From Squalus acanthias (lineage: Eukaryota), in assembly GCA_030390025.1 (NCBI GenBank), contig CM059431.1:122266001-122330000 (forward strand): DNA of 64,000 nt. The letters are read 5' to 3'. Below, piece by piece: positions 12,218 to 24,990 of this stretch; positions within the stretch are counted from its first letter, which is position 1, and every line of letters begins with the position of its first letter. The position numbers and the translations under genes are program-made. Under the pieces are notes generated by a model. That model was not told the DNA's origin and made no database searches. It saw nothing but the letters and a program-made list of their open reading frames with translations.

Positions 12218-12821
12218 GGGCCCGATTTTAAATGAGACCACTCACTTACCACCTCTGATCCCGTTACCTTCCCATCGTGTCCTGATGTTTACCTGCTCAT
12301 TTGAGCAGGTGAGCGGAACACCCACAGGAAAGCAGCAGGGTCCTCTTTAAAATGCAGATCTGGACCAGATCTGCAATTTTCGTTGGAGGCCTGAGTGGGG
12401 GGAGCAGTGACGTCTTTCCCGTCAGTCCAGACTTGCCAGGAGGCAGATCGTTGGCCAGCAGAGGTCCAGGCAGGTAACTAATTAAATTAAATTAAATTTG
12501 AGGTTCCATTGTGGGCCGGGAGGAGGAGGAGGAGTACTCCTCCAGGCCTCACAAGGAAGCCTTGGGCCTCCTTTGGCCTGGGCTCCCCCCCGCAGTCACA
12601 TCCAGAGCCCCCATCACAACATACTTGGGACCCTGGCTGAGGCTTCCTGCTGCCGAATACCCGCTCCCGCCCACCGGCCAAGTAGTACAACCGGCCGGGT
12701 TTGGGCAGGTCAGCGAGAAAATTCATGGTTATACGGCTGGGCGTCCGCGTCCCTGCGTTTGCCACATGCATTGCTCATGCTCATGCGCACCATACCCGCC
12801 CCTCACATTAAAATCGGGGCC
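12218..12821. mobile_element. Harbinger-type MITE
   Basis: TIRs GGGCCCGATTTTAA and TTAAAATCGGGGCC; TSD TGA. Confidence 0.85.
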
Positions 12822-13016
12822 TGAGTGTGGCATTTCTAAGTTACTGTCCTCACTGCTTGTTACACAATTTTCATGATTTGTTTTAGCTAACATGTGGATT
12901 ATGTGTGCTGGCTGGAGCCTTGTAGTTCTTATGGCCATTGACAGGAAACAGAGTTGTGATGGAAACTGGAAACGGCCATGTACGCTGTTGAAGTGAGTAA
13001 AGTCGTATGGGGTGGA

Positions 13017-13160
13017 GGGCGTAATTTTGACTTTGGGGAACTGTATAAAACAAGCGATATCGAGTCAGCCACCCGATCTTCAGTTCGATTGAGTGCATGT
13101 ATAACGGGCGACTGCATCGATATGGTCCGTTTTACACTTTTATCCAAATTCAAAATTACC
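13017..13160. mobile_element. Short palindromic MITE
   Basis: GTAATTTTGACTTTGG..CCAAATTCAAAATTAC inverted arms; related to 45389-46336. Confidence 0.7.
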
Positions 13161-14221
13161 AAACCCCCCCCACCATGCATTTGTGCTGGCAGTTGCTTTA
13201 ATTTTATTGAAAGCCTCTCTAGCCACAACATTAGTTAAGAGGTACTATTTATTGGCTTGAGACATTGTGAAAAGACATTACGTAATGAAATAAATGACTT
13301 TACTACCGTGATTTAGTTCTACTTTAAGAATTACTGGGAAGCCAAGGGTAAACCTTAGACAGGGAACTGCATTAGAACAGAACCTGTCACAGAATCTGCT
13401 CAACTGCACCCTGCTCAACCAATGAGATGAAAATCCCTTTAGTCCCTTTGGGATGTACAAACCTGATCTGCCTGAATACAGAAGAGTTTTGGACAACCGT
13501 ACTACTGTAATGAATAACATTACATGTCATAATCGGAAAACAATGTACTGAATTATTCCTCACAAATCATTTTGTTTTATCCGTGCATGAGGATTAATTC
13601 GTAATCCCCTGAATTGTCTAATCCTTATTTTGCATAGATCAGTGAGCAACATAAAACATAATCAAACCACTGTCCTTAAAGCAATGACATAACCAGTGGA
13701 AACTAATCTTACAAAATGTGTTGCAAATTGCATTTTACTTACTGGGCACATTGCAATATCTCAATGAAGTTGTGGAAAAGTTATTAGAAAATTGAAATAT
13801 TTCAATTTATTGTTACATTTAGATATTATGGTGTTTCTTATATTTTGTAGCTATGTACTTTATGTTAATACACTTACTAATGAGAAAATAGCATGTAAAC
13901 AGGATGATGTTGTAAAAATAAGCTTTTCACTATTAAACATATCCAGACATAAACATTGCCAGACATGTTACTTAACAAAATACTGCTTGACGATGGAGGG
14001 AGAAGGGGGGGTGGGGTTAACCCATTTTGCATCAGGTCGAATTTTTTACCGAGTAATGACATTTAGCTGCCTGGAATCAGGAAATTCATGAGAAGCAAAT
14101 CATATGTAGGCAAAATAGTGGAAAGAATTTCATGTCCCGCGTTAATTTTCTCTCTTCCTTTAACCCTCCCCGCCTCTCCTGAAGGTGTTGAATTTTTGCT
14201 AGGGTATTTTTTCACAGGGGA

Positions 14222-14707
14222 TAGGACATAGGAACAGGAGTAAACCATTTATCCCCTTGAGCCTGTTCTGCCATTCAATGAGATCATGGCTTGTCTGTGA
14301 GCTAACTCCATATACCTTTGCCCCATATCCCTTAATACCTTTGGTTAACTGAAATCTATAAATCTCAGATTTAAAATAGACAATTGACCTAGCATCAACA
14401 GCCGTTTGCAGAAGAGAGTTCCAAAATTCTACCACCCATTGTGTGTAGAAGTGTTTCCTAACTTCACTCCTGACAGGTCTGGCTCTAATTTTAAGGCTAT
14501 GTTCCCTAGTCCTAGATTCCCCCACCAGTGGAAATAGTTTCTCTCCTATTTACCCTATCAGTTCCCCTTAATATCTTGAAAACTTCGATCAAATCACCGT
14601 TTAATCTTCTAAATTCTAGGGAATACAACCCTAGTTTGTGTAATCTCTCCTCGTGATTTAACCCTTGAAGTCCAGGTATCATTCTAGTAAATCTACACTG
14701 CACTCCC
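14222..14707 (-). mobile_element. CR1 LINE 3' fragment, probably inside a MITE (about 14034-14753)
   Basis: RFTRMIPGLQGLNHEERLHKLGLYSLEFRRL..TREHSLKIR plus a CR1 tail. Confidence 0.9.
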
Positions 14708-14829
14708 GCGATCCTTACCCCCGTGGCAAGCCTCCGAGTCAAATTTCTGGCCCAATATCTCTTTATAATTTTATGAGTCCATCTACAATTCTTACAATGC
14801 CGCCTAAGGGGCCATTCTTCATTAGTGAG

Positions 14830-15115
14830 TCTTGATGGTGAATGTTGGCAAACTATTTGGCAGGGGCTGGGGGTGGGGGTGGGGAAGGAAAAGCCAGACC
14901 TCAACTAATATTTGCACAAACACACACTTCCAGCAGGCGTTGTTGGATAGTGCTCAAGATTGGGTGCCCTGGATGATTTTCTCCTCCTTAATGCAGGGAA
15001 CTGAAGCCAATTGTACTGTCGCCCCATTTAAGATTAGTCAAGTCATACAGACCAGGGATCTTCCTTGTTTGTATGACTCAGCTACTCACTGACTTAACCA
15101 GCAAGCCACTGGAGA
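14830..15115 (-). mobile_element. Old SINE-like repeat
   Basis: Degenerate tRNA-like head at the right end (ccagtggcttgctggttaagtcagtgag on the minus strand); family not identified. Confidence 0.35.
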
Positions 15116-17379
15116 TGCTCTTTCCATTATTCTCTATGTAGCATATTTAGTAATGTTACTTACTGGTAAAATGGAGTATATTATTCTCTGTAAATCCTTC
15201 TCTTTCCATCAGTTGATTACATTATAATCTAATCCAGTATCAGAAAATCATCACGTTCGAAAGCTCTCTATTATAACAAAACAGATGTTTAGAGATACCT
15301 CATTATTCCCGCTTTTGTCTGGCAGCTTTTTATGTGTGCAAGGGGACAGTAACATTCCCAAAGCCCACAACCAGCACAAGTCTTCCCAAGTCCTGTACTC
15401 TTGTGTCTACATTAGCAGTTTGGGGCTGCCAGTTTCTTTCTCAAAAGCCTTTGGATTTTAGCCTCTTCTTTCCCAACCTTTTGCCATACCTCTCTGCTCT
15501 AAATCCGGCTGTCTATTATCTCCCTCCTTCATTGCCAAGCTTCCCCATCCTTCCAGACTCTCCTCCACTCCCTCAATCCAAATTCAGGTCTGCTCCATTC
15601 TTTTGTCAATCTACTTTGTTTAGTGTTTCAAGACAATTAATAATATTGAAATAAATGTATCATTATATTAATAAAAAGATTGTCTCCATAGTTGTCCTGT
15701 AGATTGTTTAATCATCAGAATTGACACATTAGGATCATATGTGGAGTGAGCAAACTTGAATTGTGATGGAGAGAACAAACCACGGAAAGTCCAGTTTTAG
15801 TGATGAAGCCCGACAGATTGTAACTGATCGTGTGTGGGAGAAAAATAATCAAAAAAGCAAGTAACATGGGATCAATCACCACCAAAGTTCAATGGGGTGC
15901 TTCACACCTACCATATTTGGGAAGGTCTCAAGATGTTGTCTGATTTTATTAAGTGAGATTTTAACTTCGGCCGGCCAGCAGTAACCGGGTGGAATGGAAG
16001 TTCAAATTGTGAGGTACTTTTTGCCACTAGGATACCGCCCTGCAACTGTTTTGTCACTGGACGATTGGATGTCCATCTCATAAGTATCAGGCTTCTATTG
16101 CTCAGATAGGACCCAAAGGCAATTTTAATGACCTATTGGCCAAAGTGCCCACTGTGGACACTCCAACTGGTAAAACCTGCCAGAGCAAAAGCGCAGGCCC
16201 CAAAAGCTAATGATAGGACTTATCTTTGTGAGGCCAAAAGGAGCAAGAGTACGAATTCAGAGCCCACAAGGAAAGTATGGACCTCTGTCTCAGTAGAGGT
16301 CAAGTGGAACACCTTTAAAAATATAATGCTGAGCATGTAGAATAAAAACATTCTGTAAAAACCAAGAAGTTCAGACTAAACAAGCATGACCCTAAATGGA
16401 TCAACAAACAAGTTAAAAGTGATATAAAGAGGAAGAATTACCTCTACAATTCTGCATGAAGAAAGCAGAAGAGGTTCATTGGGATGCAAATAAGAAAATG
16501 CAGAAACACATTAAAAGGGTGAGAGCAAATGGTAGGACAAGCAATACACTGCTCTCGAGAATGGTCTGGGAAAGTGCATAGTTGCAATATAATTTGTATC
16601 ACACCGATCATTTGTAAAGCAATGGAACAAATGAACATGAGGATGACCTATATGCAAATAACCCAGTAAGTAGCAGCCAGCATGATTTCAGAAAAGGGAA
16701 ATCCTGGCTGCCTAACCTACTTGAACATTTCTGACCGAGTGACAACCCAACTGGACATTGGGAAGCCAAATGATGTATTGGAGCTGGATTTCCAGAAAGC
16801 TTTCAGTAAAGTTCTGCATGAAGTGCTGGCTTTCTAGCTTAAGGCAGTACAAAGCCGAGATAGAACTTGGAGTTAGATGAGGAATTAGTTGAACGTGAGG
16901 AAGCAACAGGTTCTGGCTAGACAGTAATGTCAGGCTGAGGGGATGTACAGAGAGGAATTGGACATTGAAGCGCCAAATATTTAGGCGCTAACCGGCCTCC
17001 TAAAGGTTGAAAATCCAAGATGCGCGTGCACACTTTCGACGGGAAGTGTGCTGGAGGCATCTTGGTACAGTAGTTTGCACGTGCGCACTGAGCGACTGAT
17101 GGAGCACACAGAGCAGGTAGCTTATGATGTCAGTTAGTGTGCAATGGTGATTTGGCACCATGCTGCCATTTTCGAGTGCCACGTTCCAGCCAACGCCCTC
17201 TCTTAAATTCGCACAGCTGAACACGCGTTCAGTGGCGTGAAGGATCCTCCACCAGCGCTATTTAAAGGAATCATGAACTACTTGCAGGTTAGTTGCTGGA
17301 TTATTTCTTCTGGCTGCTGGTGCAATTCTACGCATTTTTGGAGCTTTCCTATATGTGTCTAAAGTTTCAATAGTCTACA

Positions 17380-18490
17380 GGGAGTGGTTTGACTGGTGCT
17401 GAACAAAGGCAACGCAGAACAGGACAAGTTGCTGAAGAGGGAAGAGGAGGAGGGGGAGAAGAGCTCTCAGCGGGAGGACATATCCGCCCAGGGTCTTTAG
17501 GGAGCAATTCTCTTCCCAGAACTTCAGCAAGAACCAATGTATGAGACATCTTTGCTTCACTAAAGAGGTTTTGACTGAAATCTGTCAACTGCTACAGCCA
17601 CAACTGCAGCCTCAAAGCAGGGCAAGGACAGCATTGCCTGTGGCTGTCAAGGTGACCGTGGCTCTTAACTTTTGTGCTTCTGGCTCCTTCCAGGCTGCTG
17701 CTGGAGATATAAGCAACATCTCATAGTTTGTAGTACACTGCTGGATAAGGGAGGCCACTAAGGCTCTTTGTACAAAGAGAGACAGCTTCATCTCACTCCC
17801 TCTTACCAGAGACAAGCAGGCGGAGTGAGCACTAGGATTTGCTCGGATTGCAGGCATCCGCATGGTGAAGGGCGCCATTGACAGCAAGAATATTGCATTG
17901 CATGCACCTCATGTGAACTCTGCCATTTTCCTCAACCAAAAGGGATTCCACTCCCTCAATGTACAACTGGTATACAACCACAGGCTGGGCATCATGCAGG
18001 TGAATGTTGGTTTTCCTGGCAGTAGTCCTGATTCCTTCATTCTGTAGCAGTCCTCTGTGCCTGCTGCATTTGACCCACCACGGCATGTCAAAGGCTGGCT
18101 ACTGGGCAACAGGGGTCACCCACTGATGACATGGCTCATGACTCTGGTCCAGAACCCATGCACATGTGCACAGCAGGCATACAGTTAGAGCCATGCTGCC
18201 ACAAGAAACATATACAGCTCACCATCGGCATCCTCAAACAACGCTTGTGCTCCCTGCACTGCTCTGGAGGAGCCCTGCAGTACTCAGCTGAGCGTGTATC
18301 AAGATTTGTGGTGCTATGCTGCATGCTAAACAAACTGGCCATGATGATGGAACAGTCCCTGCCACCACGAATCCGGTGACAAGCTAAGGAGCAGGAAGAT
18401 GAGGAAGAGGAGGAGGAAGTGGAAGAGAAGGAAGTGCAACGGAAAGTGGAGGAACAGGAAGAGGTAGGGAGGATCATATAATTCATGAGC
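17380..18490 (+). pseudogene. Harbinger DDE transposase (HARBI1-like) with stops and frameshifts
   Basis: ALPVAVKVTVALNFCASGSFQ; VKGAIDSKNIAL; NQKGFHSLNVQLV; FPGSSPDSFIL; WLLGNRGHPLMTWLMT; TIGILKQRLCSL; acidic tail. Confidence 0.9.
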
Positions 18491-18670
18491 GATACCAGTA
18501 ACCTCAACCACAACACGCCACTCACCAACAGTCCCACACTCCTTACCTTCCTCTGTCACTGACCATCACATCGTCCTCTTTCCAACAACACAAAATAACA
18601 GGCACCAGAAAATGCACATTCCAATTCGAATTTATAAATTAAGTCATGCCATAGTGCATACAAAAATTAA

Positions 18671-21018
18671 CTAATCACCATTATGCATTTCCTTAATGCC
18701 TTTGCCTGTCCTAGTGCTCCTACGAGGTGCTGCCCAGTGGCTGCAGCATAGGTGGTGGAAGCTGATGACCTTCAATTGAGGAGACTGCAGATGGCCTTGG
18801 AGGGCAACCACGAGCAGCTCTGGGCCTAGAAGCCCCAGCTTCAGACTGCACTGTCGTGGCCTAGGCTGCCGCAGTCTGGGCTGGCTGGCTGACAGGCAAC
18901 AGCAAGGGCAATGGCAGAGTGGCGGTGGTTGGAGGATGAATGTTGTCATCCTGATAGAGGACAGCAGGTTCGTAGTCCATGAAGCCACTGCCACTCTCCC
19001 GGAGTGGAGCCTCAGCAATCCTAGTAATCTGTTGGAGAACAGATGGATGGACTGCTGTGATGCTCTGGAAGTCCCTTTGAACACTGGTATCCTGAGCCAT
19101 AATGGCAGCAGTCTGAGCTTCCTAGACAGCAGTCTGACCTTCCATTGCAGCACTCAAGACCTTTTGTGGACTCTACTCATTGGAGTTCAGAAGAATGAGA
19201 GGCGATCTTATTGAAACATATAAGATTGTGAAGGGGCTTGATCAGGTGGATGCGGTAAGGATGTTCCCAAGGATGGGTGAAACTAGAACTAGGGGGCATA
19301 ATCTTAGAATAAGGGGCTGCTCTTTCAAAACTGAGATGAGGAGAAACTTCTTCACTCAGAGGGTAGTAGGTCTGTGGAATTTGCTGCCCCAGGAAGCTGT
19401 GGAAGCTAAATCATTAACTAAATTTAAAACAGAAAGAGACAGTTTCCTAGAAGTAAAGGGAATTAGGGGTTACGGGGAGCGGGCAGGAAATTGGACATGA
19501 GGCTGAGTTCGGATCAGTCAAGGCCCTGTGGGTGATGGAGCGGGCCCAGGGGCTGAGTGGCCGGGTCCTGCTCCTACTTCTTGTGTTCTTTAGATTTGAG
19601 GTTAGGATCAGATCAGCCATGATCTTATTGAATGGCGGAGCAGGCTCGAGGGCCGATTGGCCTACTCCTGCTCCTATTTCTTATGTTCTTATGTTCTTAT
19701 GAATCTGCTTGTGCTGCAATGGAAGCTGAGACATCGGCCATCAGAAGCTGCATCATGCTGGGTTCCACAGGTGTGCTGATAGAGATGTTGGAAAGTATGG
19801 GCTCCAAGCTCTGTGCAGAGCCTTGTGCCAAGTTGGTGCTAGACGTCTCCACGCTCCTTGACATTGAGCGCAGGCTTTCTGGCAGGTTTTCCGGTGCACC
19901 AAACATATGGGCGTGCACACTCATCAGCCTTCTTCTGTAGGCTAGCCCATTGAAGTTGTCATCTGAGTCCTGTGCAGAAGACCTAGTGTGCGACTTGTCC
20001 TCCATCGAGCTGGCATTGGTGCTATCCTTTCCCCCCGCCCTGGCTCCTGCGCTCTTCTGCCCGTTGTCTCACCACTTGCAGATCCCTCCTCTATTTTAGC
20101 CTCGAAAATACATGCAGTGTCAATATCTGAGCTGCTAGCTGTGAGTGTAAGATCGAGTAATGGTGTCTCTTCATCTTCAGTGTCTTCCCCTTCTTTCTCC
20201 ACTGCCTGGGCAGGTTGTAGTTCTTGGTTATCTAAAATGAAAAAGGGGCATGGGTTGGGTTGTGATGAGGGTAGAGGAGAAAGTAAGAAGAGATTGAGGG
20301 ATGAAGGAGAAGTGGGATGAGGGAAGGAGGAATAGGAATGTGGATACCCTCATCATCAATCGCTTCAGCGCCGCCAGTGGCCACGGCCTCAGTGATGGCC
20401 CTTCCTATGATGGCCAACACTGTCTCCTCCATGGTAGAACATACAGGCGCACTTGTCCTCCTCCAGTTCTTTGCTGCCTGCTGTTATGCGCCACCTTCTC
20501 CTGAAAGATGGAGGGAAGTGTGTCAGTGAGAGTCCTGCAATATGTTTGGGTGATGCGGCTGTCATGGTAGAATAGCTGCCAATGGATGCAAGCTGTGAGT
20601 TGTGGGTGCAAGGCTTGCAACAGTGCTAAGTCTGTGAGGGTGAGGTAAAGCATATCATTGTTAGGGTTGAGTCCTGATTGATCGAGATTGTTGGCAGGCG
20701 AGTGATGGGGTTGTGGTGAATTGAGCAGTGGATGAGGCATTTGGTAGGATATGCCATGTGAAGAAGAAGTCACTCACCTAGCAACTCATGTGAGATCATT
20801 AAACTTCTTCCTGCACAACATCCACTTTTGACGAACAACCCTCCTGGCATTGACGTCCGCCGCTATTGCTTCCCACTACCTCCTGAGCATGTCTCGGGAG
20901 GGCCTCCTGCACCACCCTGTGGGTACAGGAGATCTCTCCTCCATTCTACCTCTTCCACCAAGGTCTCCAGTGTATTGTCTGAAAACCTTGGTGCTCACTC
21001 TCTCGCATGTTCAGCCAT
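18671..21018 (-). pseudogene. Three-exon Harbinger Myb/SANT-like gene (21018-20778, 20500-20348, 20231-about 18671)
   Basis: MAEHARE*APRFSDNTLETLVEEV..CRKKFNDLT then GTGAG donor; EKVAHNSRQQRTGGG; canonical AG/GT boundaries; exon 3 disrupted by a CR1. Confidence 0.8.
19168..19701 (+). mobile_element. Young CR1 LINE 3' fragment
   Basis: EFRRMRGDLIETYKIVKGLD..GYGERAGNWT, nearly identical to the 61751-63877 C-terminus; (TTCTTATG)n tail. Confidence 0.95.
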
Positions 21019-21664
21019 TGCTCAAAGTACCACAGCACTGATTCAGTTTTGATAAAACTCCCACCACTTCTTGCAGCCATAAAGCACCTTCCCTTTAAGA
21101 GGTGTAGGCTGCCTTTAAGTAGCGCTAGACACTCATGATATTGGGCCCCCTGCTGGTGCATGCAGCGGGAAGCGCTGGCTGCACACATAAATCATTTCAA
21201 AGAGCAAGCAGCATGAATTTACCATGTTGCCATCAACCCAGTGAACTGCGATCCCCACGCCCATTTTCAGTTCTTATCCAAGTTCTCCCCCATAGTGTCT
21301 GGCGTGTTGTATGGATCTGCTGGGATCCCTCGTGGTTCCAAACTAAATAAGCAATTTGGAAACACATTCTAGTTGGTAAAATTCACAGACAATACTAAAC
21401 TGCACAGGGGTTGGGGATATCGAGTTTGACGAATAGCCAAGGACAGAAAAACCTGGAGAAAATATGCAATACAAAAGCTTAGGAAATATTCAAGCAACAA
21501 TTAGATGCTGTAATACCAGGGACTGTAGTTTTCTATTCGACAAATGAGCTCGGTGGGCCAAAGGGTCTGCCTCATCTGTGCTTATCTTTGTAATCTTTGT
21601 ATTTTCCTGTGATAGTCCCTCTGTTTTCCTGGGGGAAAAGTACCTCCCCAAAACTTGAAACCTC

Positions 21665-24336
21665 AGACAGAATTTTCCGGGGTGGTAGCGGGCATGATCA
21701 GAGGTGGGTCGGGTGGTAAAGTTGTTATTTTTGGGAGCGGGTCAGGAACCCGCTGTCATCTCGCTCCCACGCGCCTTTCCTCCAGGTGCGTCTACCAGCA
21801 AAGACCCCACCCGACCGGCAGAGGCGGGCGAACCAATTTAAAGTATTAGTAGCCTGTTGTCAGACCCTTAAGAGTGGTTTTAAACTTACCTTTTAAATTT
21901 AACTGGATGGCCACGGCAAACATGCTGCTTCAGAACCACATCTGTCAACCTGAGGCAGGAGTTCAGTGGCCATTGCTCCAGCTGATTAGTTGACAGCATC
22001 AAATGTACTATAAAGGCTCCCACCTGACAGATCATCACTTTCCTCAGTAGAAGCTGTTTCTCACTGCATTTCCAGCACAGGTTCTGCAGGCTGCAGTCTT
22101 TCCAGCAAAGTCTCCATCCAGTGTCACCACATTGGAAGAACTCTCTCACCATTGACAGATTGCTTCTGTCATCTCTACTTCACCTGCCATCTATTCCATC
22201 AGCATGGATGCCATTTATACTGTCTCACCTTGGTCCTCAGACTCTGAACACAATGAGCCCCAACACCAACAGCACCAGGCAGCCCAGCAGCACCAACAAC
22301 AACACCACCAAACTTCTCCACAATCACCTGATGCTGCACAGGAAATAGGGCATCAGCACCCAAGCACATTGCTGTCCGGGAGGCCAGGGATGGTCTCATC
22401 ATGGCCAGATTTACTTCACTTGATGCTGTGCACCCATATGGCTGCCACATGATGCGGCAGATTGGCACCACCCCACAGCAACATCATAAAGCATCCCTAC
22501 ATTGCCCAAGTCATTCCTTTCACACTCACCACCATTGTGTGCAGGGAGGGCGGGGAGGGTACCGTTATGTCTCACCATTCACTGCAACTCACAAAGCCAC
22601 TTCCAAAGATGCACACAAATCTGTCCAAAGTGTTGAAAATAAAGATTTTTATGTTTGACAGCACATTAACGGAAACTTTACATAAACTTTGGATAAAACA
22701 CCAAGTGGCTACACTTGTGAATCTGCTTGTGTGTCATCTTTCTCTTCCGTGTGCTTCTACGAGGTGCTAGCCCTGTGGCTTCAGCAGAGGTAGAGGCAGC
22801 CTGCTCACTTCCCTGCTGCCAAGGAGCTGCAGAGCACCTTGCTGCACATCAATGTGGCCATGAGGACCCACGGCTATGCTGACATCCCTCCTAGAGAGGA
22901 GGTCTATGAGCCTCTGCCATCTATCCTCCATAGATAGCCATCTATTCTCCTTAGAGACCATGAGCTCCTGTGAGTGGCGCATTAGCTGCTCCATGTAGGT
23001 GGTCATCCTATCCATGGAGGAGCCTACAGTCGCCATCACCTGCGACACGGTGGTGTTTATGTTGGAGATGGACTCCTCCATTCTCAGCATTTGCAGACAT
23101 CGCGCTCGCAAAACCTATCCGAGCCCCCTGCACTTCTTGCTGCACTTCCAGGATTACTTTATTTCTGGATGGCCCCCGTCTTCCACCTCCAGCTGCTCAG
23201 CGACTCCTGATATTTCTAAAGCAGCCTCCTCTGCTGTTGTAAGGTTTGCAAATGATGGAGGCCCACTGCTGGTTTTCCCCCTCTCCCTCTTATTGTGGGT
23301 GCTCTTCTCCTGCAAGGAGGGAAAGAAGAGAAGGTTCAGTGAGAGTGATGGAATGAGTGTAAGGAATGGATGGGTTGGATCTGTCGACGGTGATTATGAT
23401 GGGTTAGACCTTTAGAGGGTGCAAAAGCCAAGTGGCCTCTTTGTGTGTCGTTAGTTGGTATGATGGCACTAGGATGAGGGTGGTGAGTGTGATTGGTGGC
23501 TAGTGAGATGGAGATGTGATAATGTAGATAGAGAGAGAGGGATGGGTGGCCATGCAAGGTATGTTGGTGTGAGTAAGGATGTGCAGGGGTAGGATTGGGA
23601 AGATAGCGTGATGGGGATGTGATGAGTGGCACAGCAGATATGTGGGGTTATGGGGATAGGATGGGATATGTTAGGGGGAATTAAATACGTGGGGTTACGG
23701 GGGTAGGGTGGGATGTGTGTACTGTGGGGATTGAAGCAGGGACAGGGTACTGGATTTGGATGATCAGCCATGATCGTATTGAATGGCGGAGCAGGCTCGA
23801 CGGGCCGAATGGCCTACTCCTGCTCCTAGATTCTATGTTTCTATGTTTCTATGAAGTTGAGTATGACTTTGTACTAACGTTTCTTGATCTAATGAGATTA
23901 TTGAAACGTTTGCGGCACTGCACCCAGGTCTTCCTGACCACATCCCTGCTGGTGACCTCCTCTGCAAACTCCAACCAGGCTGTTTTGGTGTAAGCATATG
24001 GAGGGAGTCATGGGAGAACCTGGGTGCAGCCCTCTGCCTCTGTGCAGTCATTGTCAGTGTTTGCACCACTCCAATACTGTAGTGCACTGACAGCACTATG
24101 TTACATTGACATTGAAATCCAATGTTGCCATGGCCCCTTTAAAGATCCCGTCTGAAAACGCATCATCGATGACGTCACCAGACCAGCACCATTTAATTGG
24201 GCCGGGTAATGCGCAGGATGGGCTTAATAGGCCCTATTAAGGGAAAGTCGTTTTCAGCATCAGGAAGGAGCCAGCAGCGGACCCGCCATGGCCACTGCCC
24301 GCACCAGACCCGCCCAGGTAGGCAAAATTCCAGTCC
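21665..24336 (-). mobile_element. Non-autonomous Harbinger element with Myb/SANT gene remnant
   Basis: Same family as 3328-5092; MTAQRQRAAPRFSHDSLHML..AWLEFAEEVTSRDVVRKTWVQCRKRFNNL; coiled-coil-like ORF at 22767-23111. Confidence 0.85.
23638..23852 (+). mobile_element. CR1-type 3' tail preceded by an HE1-SINE-like segment
   Basis: gatcagccatgat..gaatggcggagcaggctcga..(TTTCTATG)n; 23671-23720 resembles 34290-34340. Confidence 0.75.
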
Positions 24337-24794
24337 TCGTCTCTGCTCAATGCCTCGTCTCTGCTCAAGATTATTAATGACCATAATCTTTTTGTATGAG
24401 AAATCCCAAACACATGCCTTACCAATCTGCGGAACAGTGCATTAATACATTACATTACTTCACTACTGTGTTACTCAATGTAAGATTTGTCTGGAAATAT
24501 TGCTCACCTTAATGTTTCTCCAAAGGAGAGCTTCAGCCTACAGTATTCGCACTGAAACAGTAAATTTATAAAGATGAATTCAGAACAAAAAAAGACTTCA
24601 AAACAAATTGCATACGGTACAACATAAAACAAATAACAGTTGAGGTTACAAAAACTGCAAAAAGATCTTCAAGCAGTCTATGTTAGGAAATCTTAGGGAA
24701 TCGAACACTTTTGGTATTAGATATCAGAATTATATACTCAGAGAACAGGGATAGAAAGGGCTAGATGCAAAATAGGCCCTACTTTCTGAAATTT

Positions 24795-24985
24795 TTCCCT
24801 AAATCTCTGACTCTCCGCCTTCCTCTCCTTTTTAAAACCCATGTCAAAACCTATTTCTTTGACCAAGCTTTAAGTCACCCCTCCTAATATCTCCTTCTTT
24901 GGCTCGGTGTTGATTTTTGTCTGTTTATGCTTCTGTGAAGTGCCTTGGAAGATTTTTACATGTTAAGAAGAACATGCAATTATAT
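24795..24985 (+). mobile_element. L2 LINE 3' tail
   Basis: Matches the L2 3' ends at 551-790 (minus) and 47640-47838. Confidence 0.75.
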
Positions 24986-24990
24986 ATAGT

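Larger units (their letters stand above)
16949..21291. mobile_element. Near-complete PIF/Harbinger transposon (decayed)
   Basis: Imperfect TIRs AGAGAGGAATTGGA and TCCAAGTTCTCCCCC enclosing convergent transposase and Myb/SANT genes. Confidence 0.9.
16265..21600 (+). mobile_element. Old CR1 LINE (16265-16948 and 21292-21600) split by a Harbinger insertion
   Basis: Degenerate CR1 motifs: KWNTFKN, DPKWIN, LDFQKAFSKVLH, LVKFTDNTKL. Confidence 0.7.

Noticed and set aside
15776..15860. Myb/SANT-like start MERTNHGKSSFSDEARQIV
   Set aside because: Too short and degenerate to call.
17380..18490. Host HARBI1 or NAIF1 genes
   Set aside because: Stops, frameshifts, TIR context and multiple copies indicate transposon relics.
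24335..24368. 16-bp direct repeat CCTCGTCTCTGCTCAA next to a TIR
   Set aside because: A local tandem duplication, absent from the other flank, so not a TSD.
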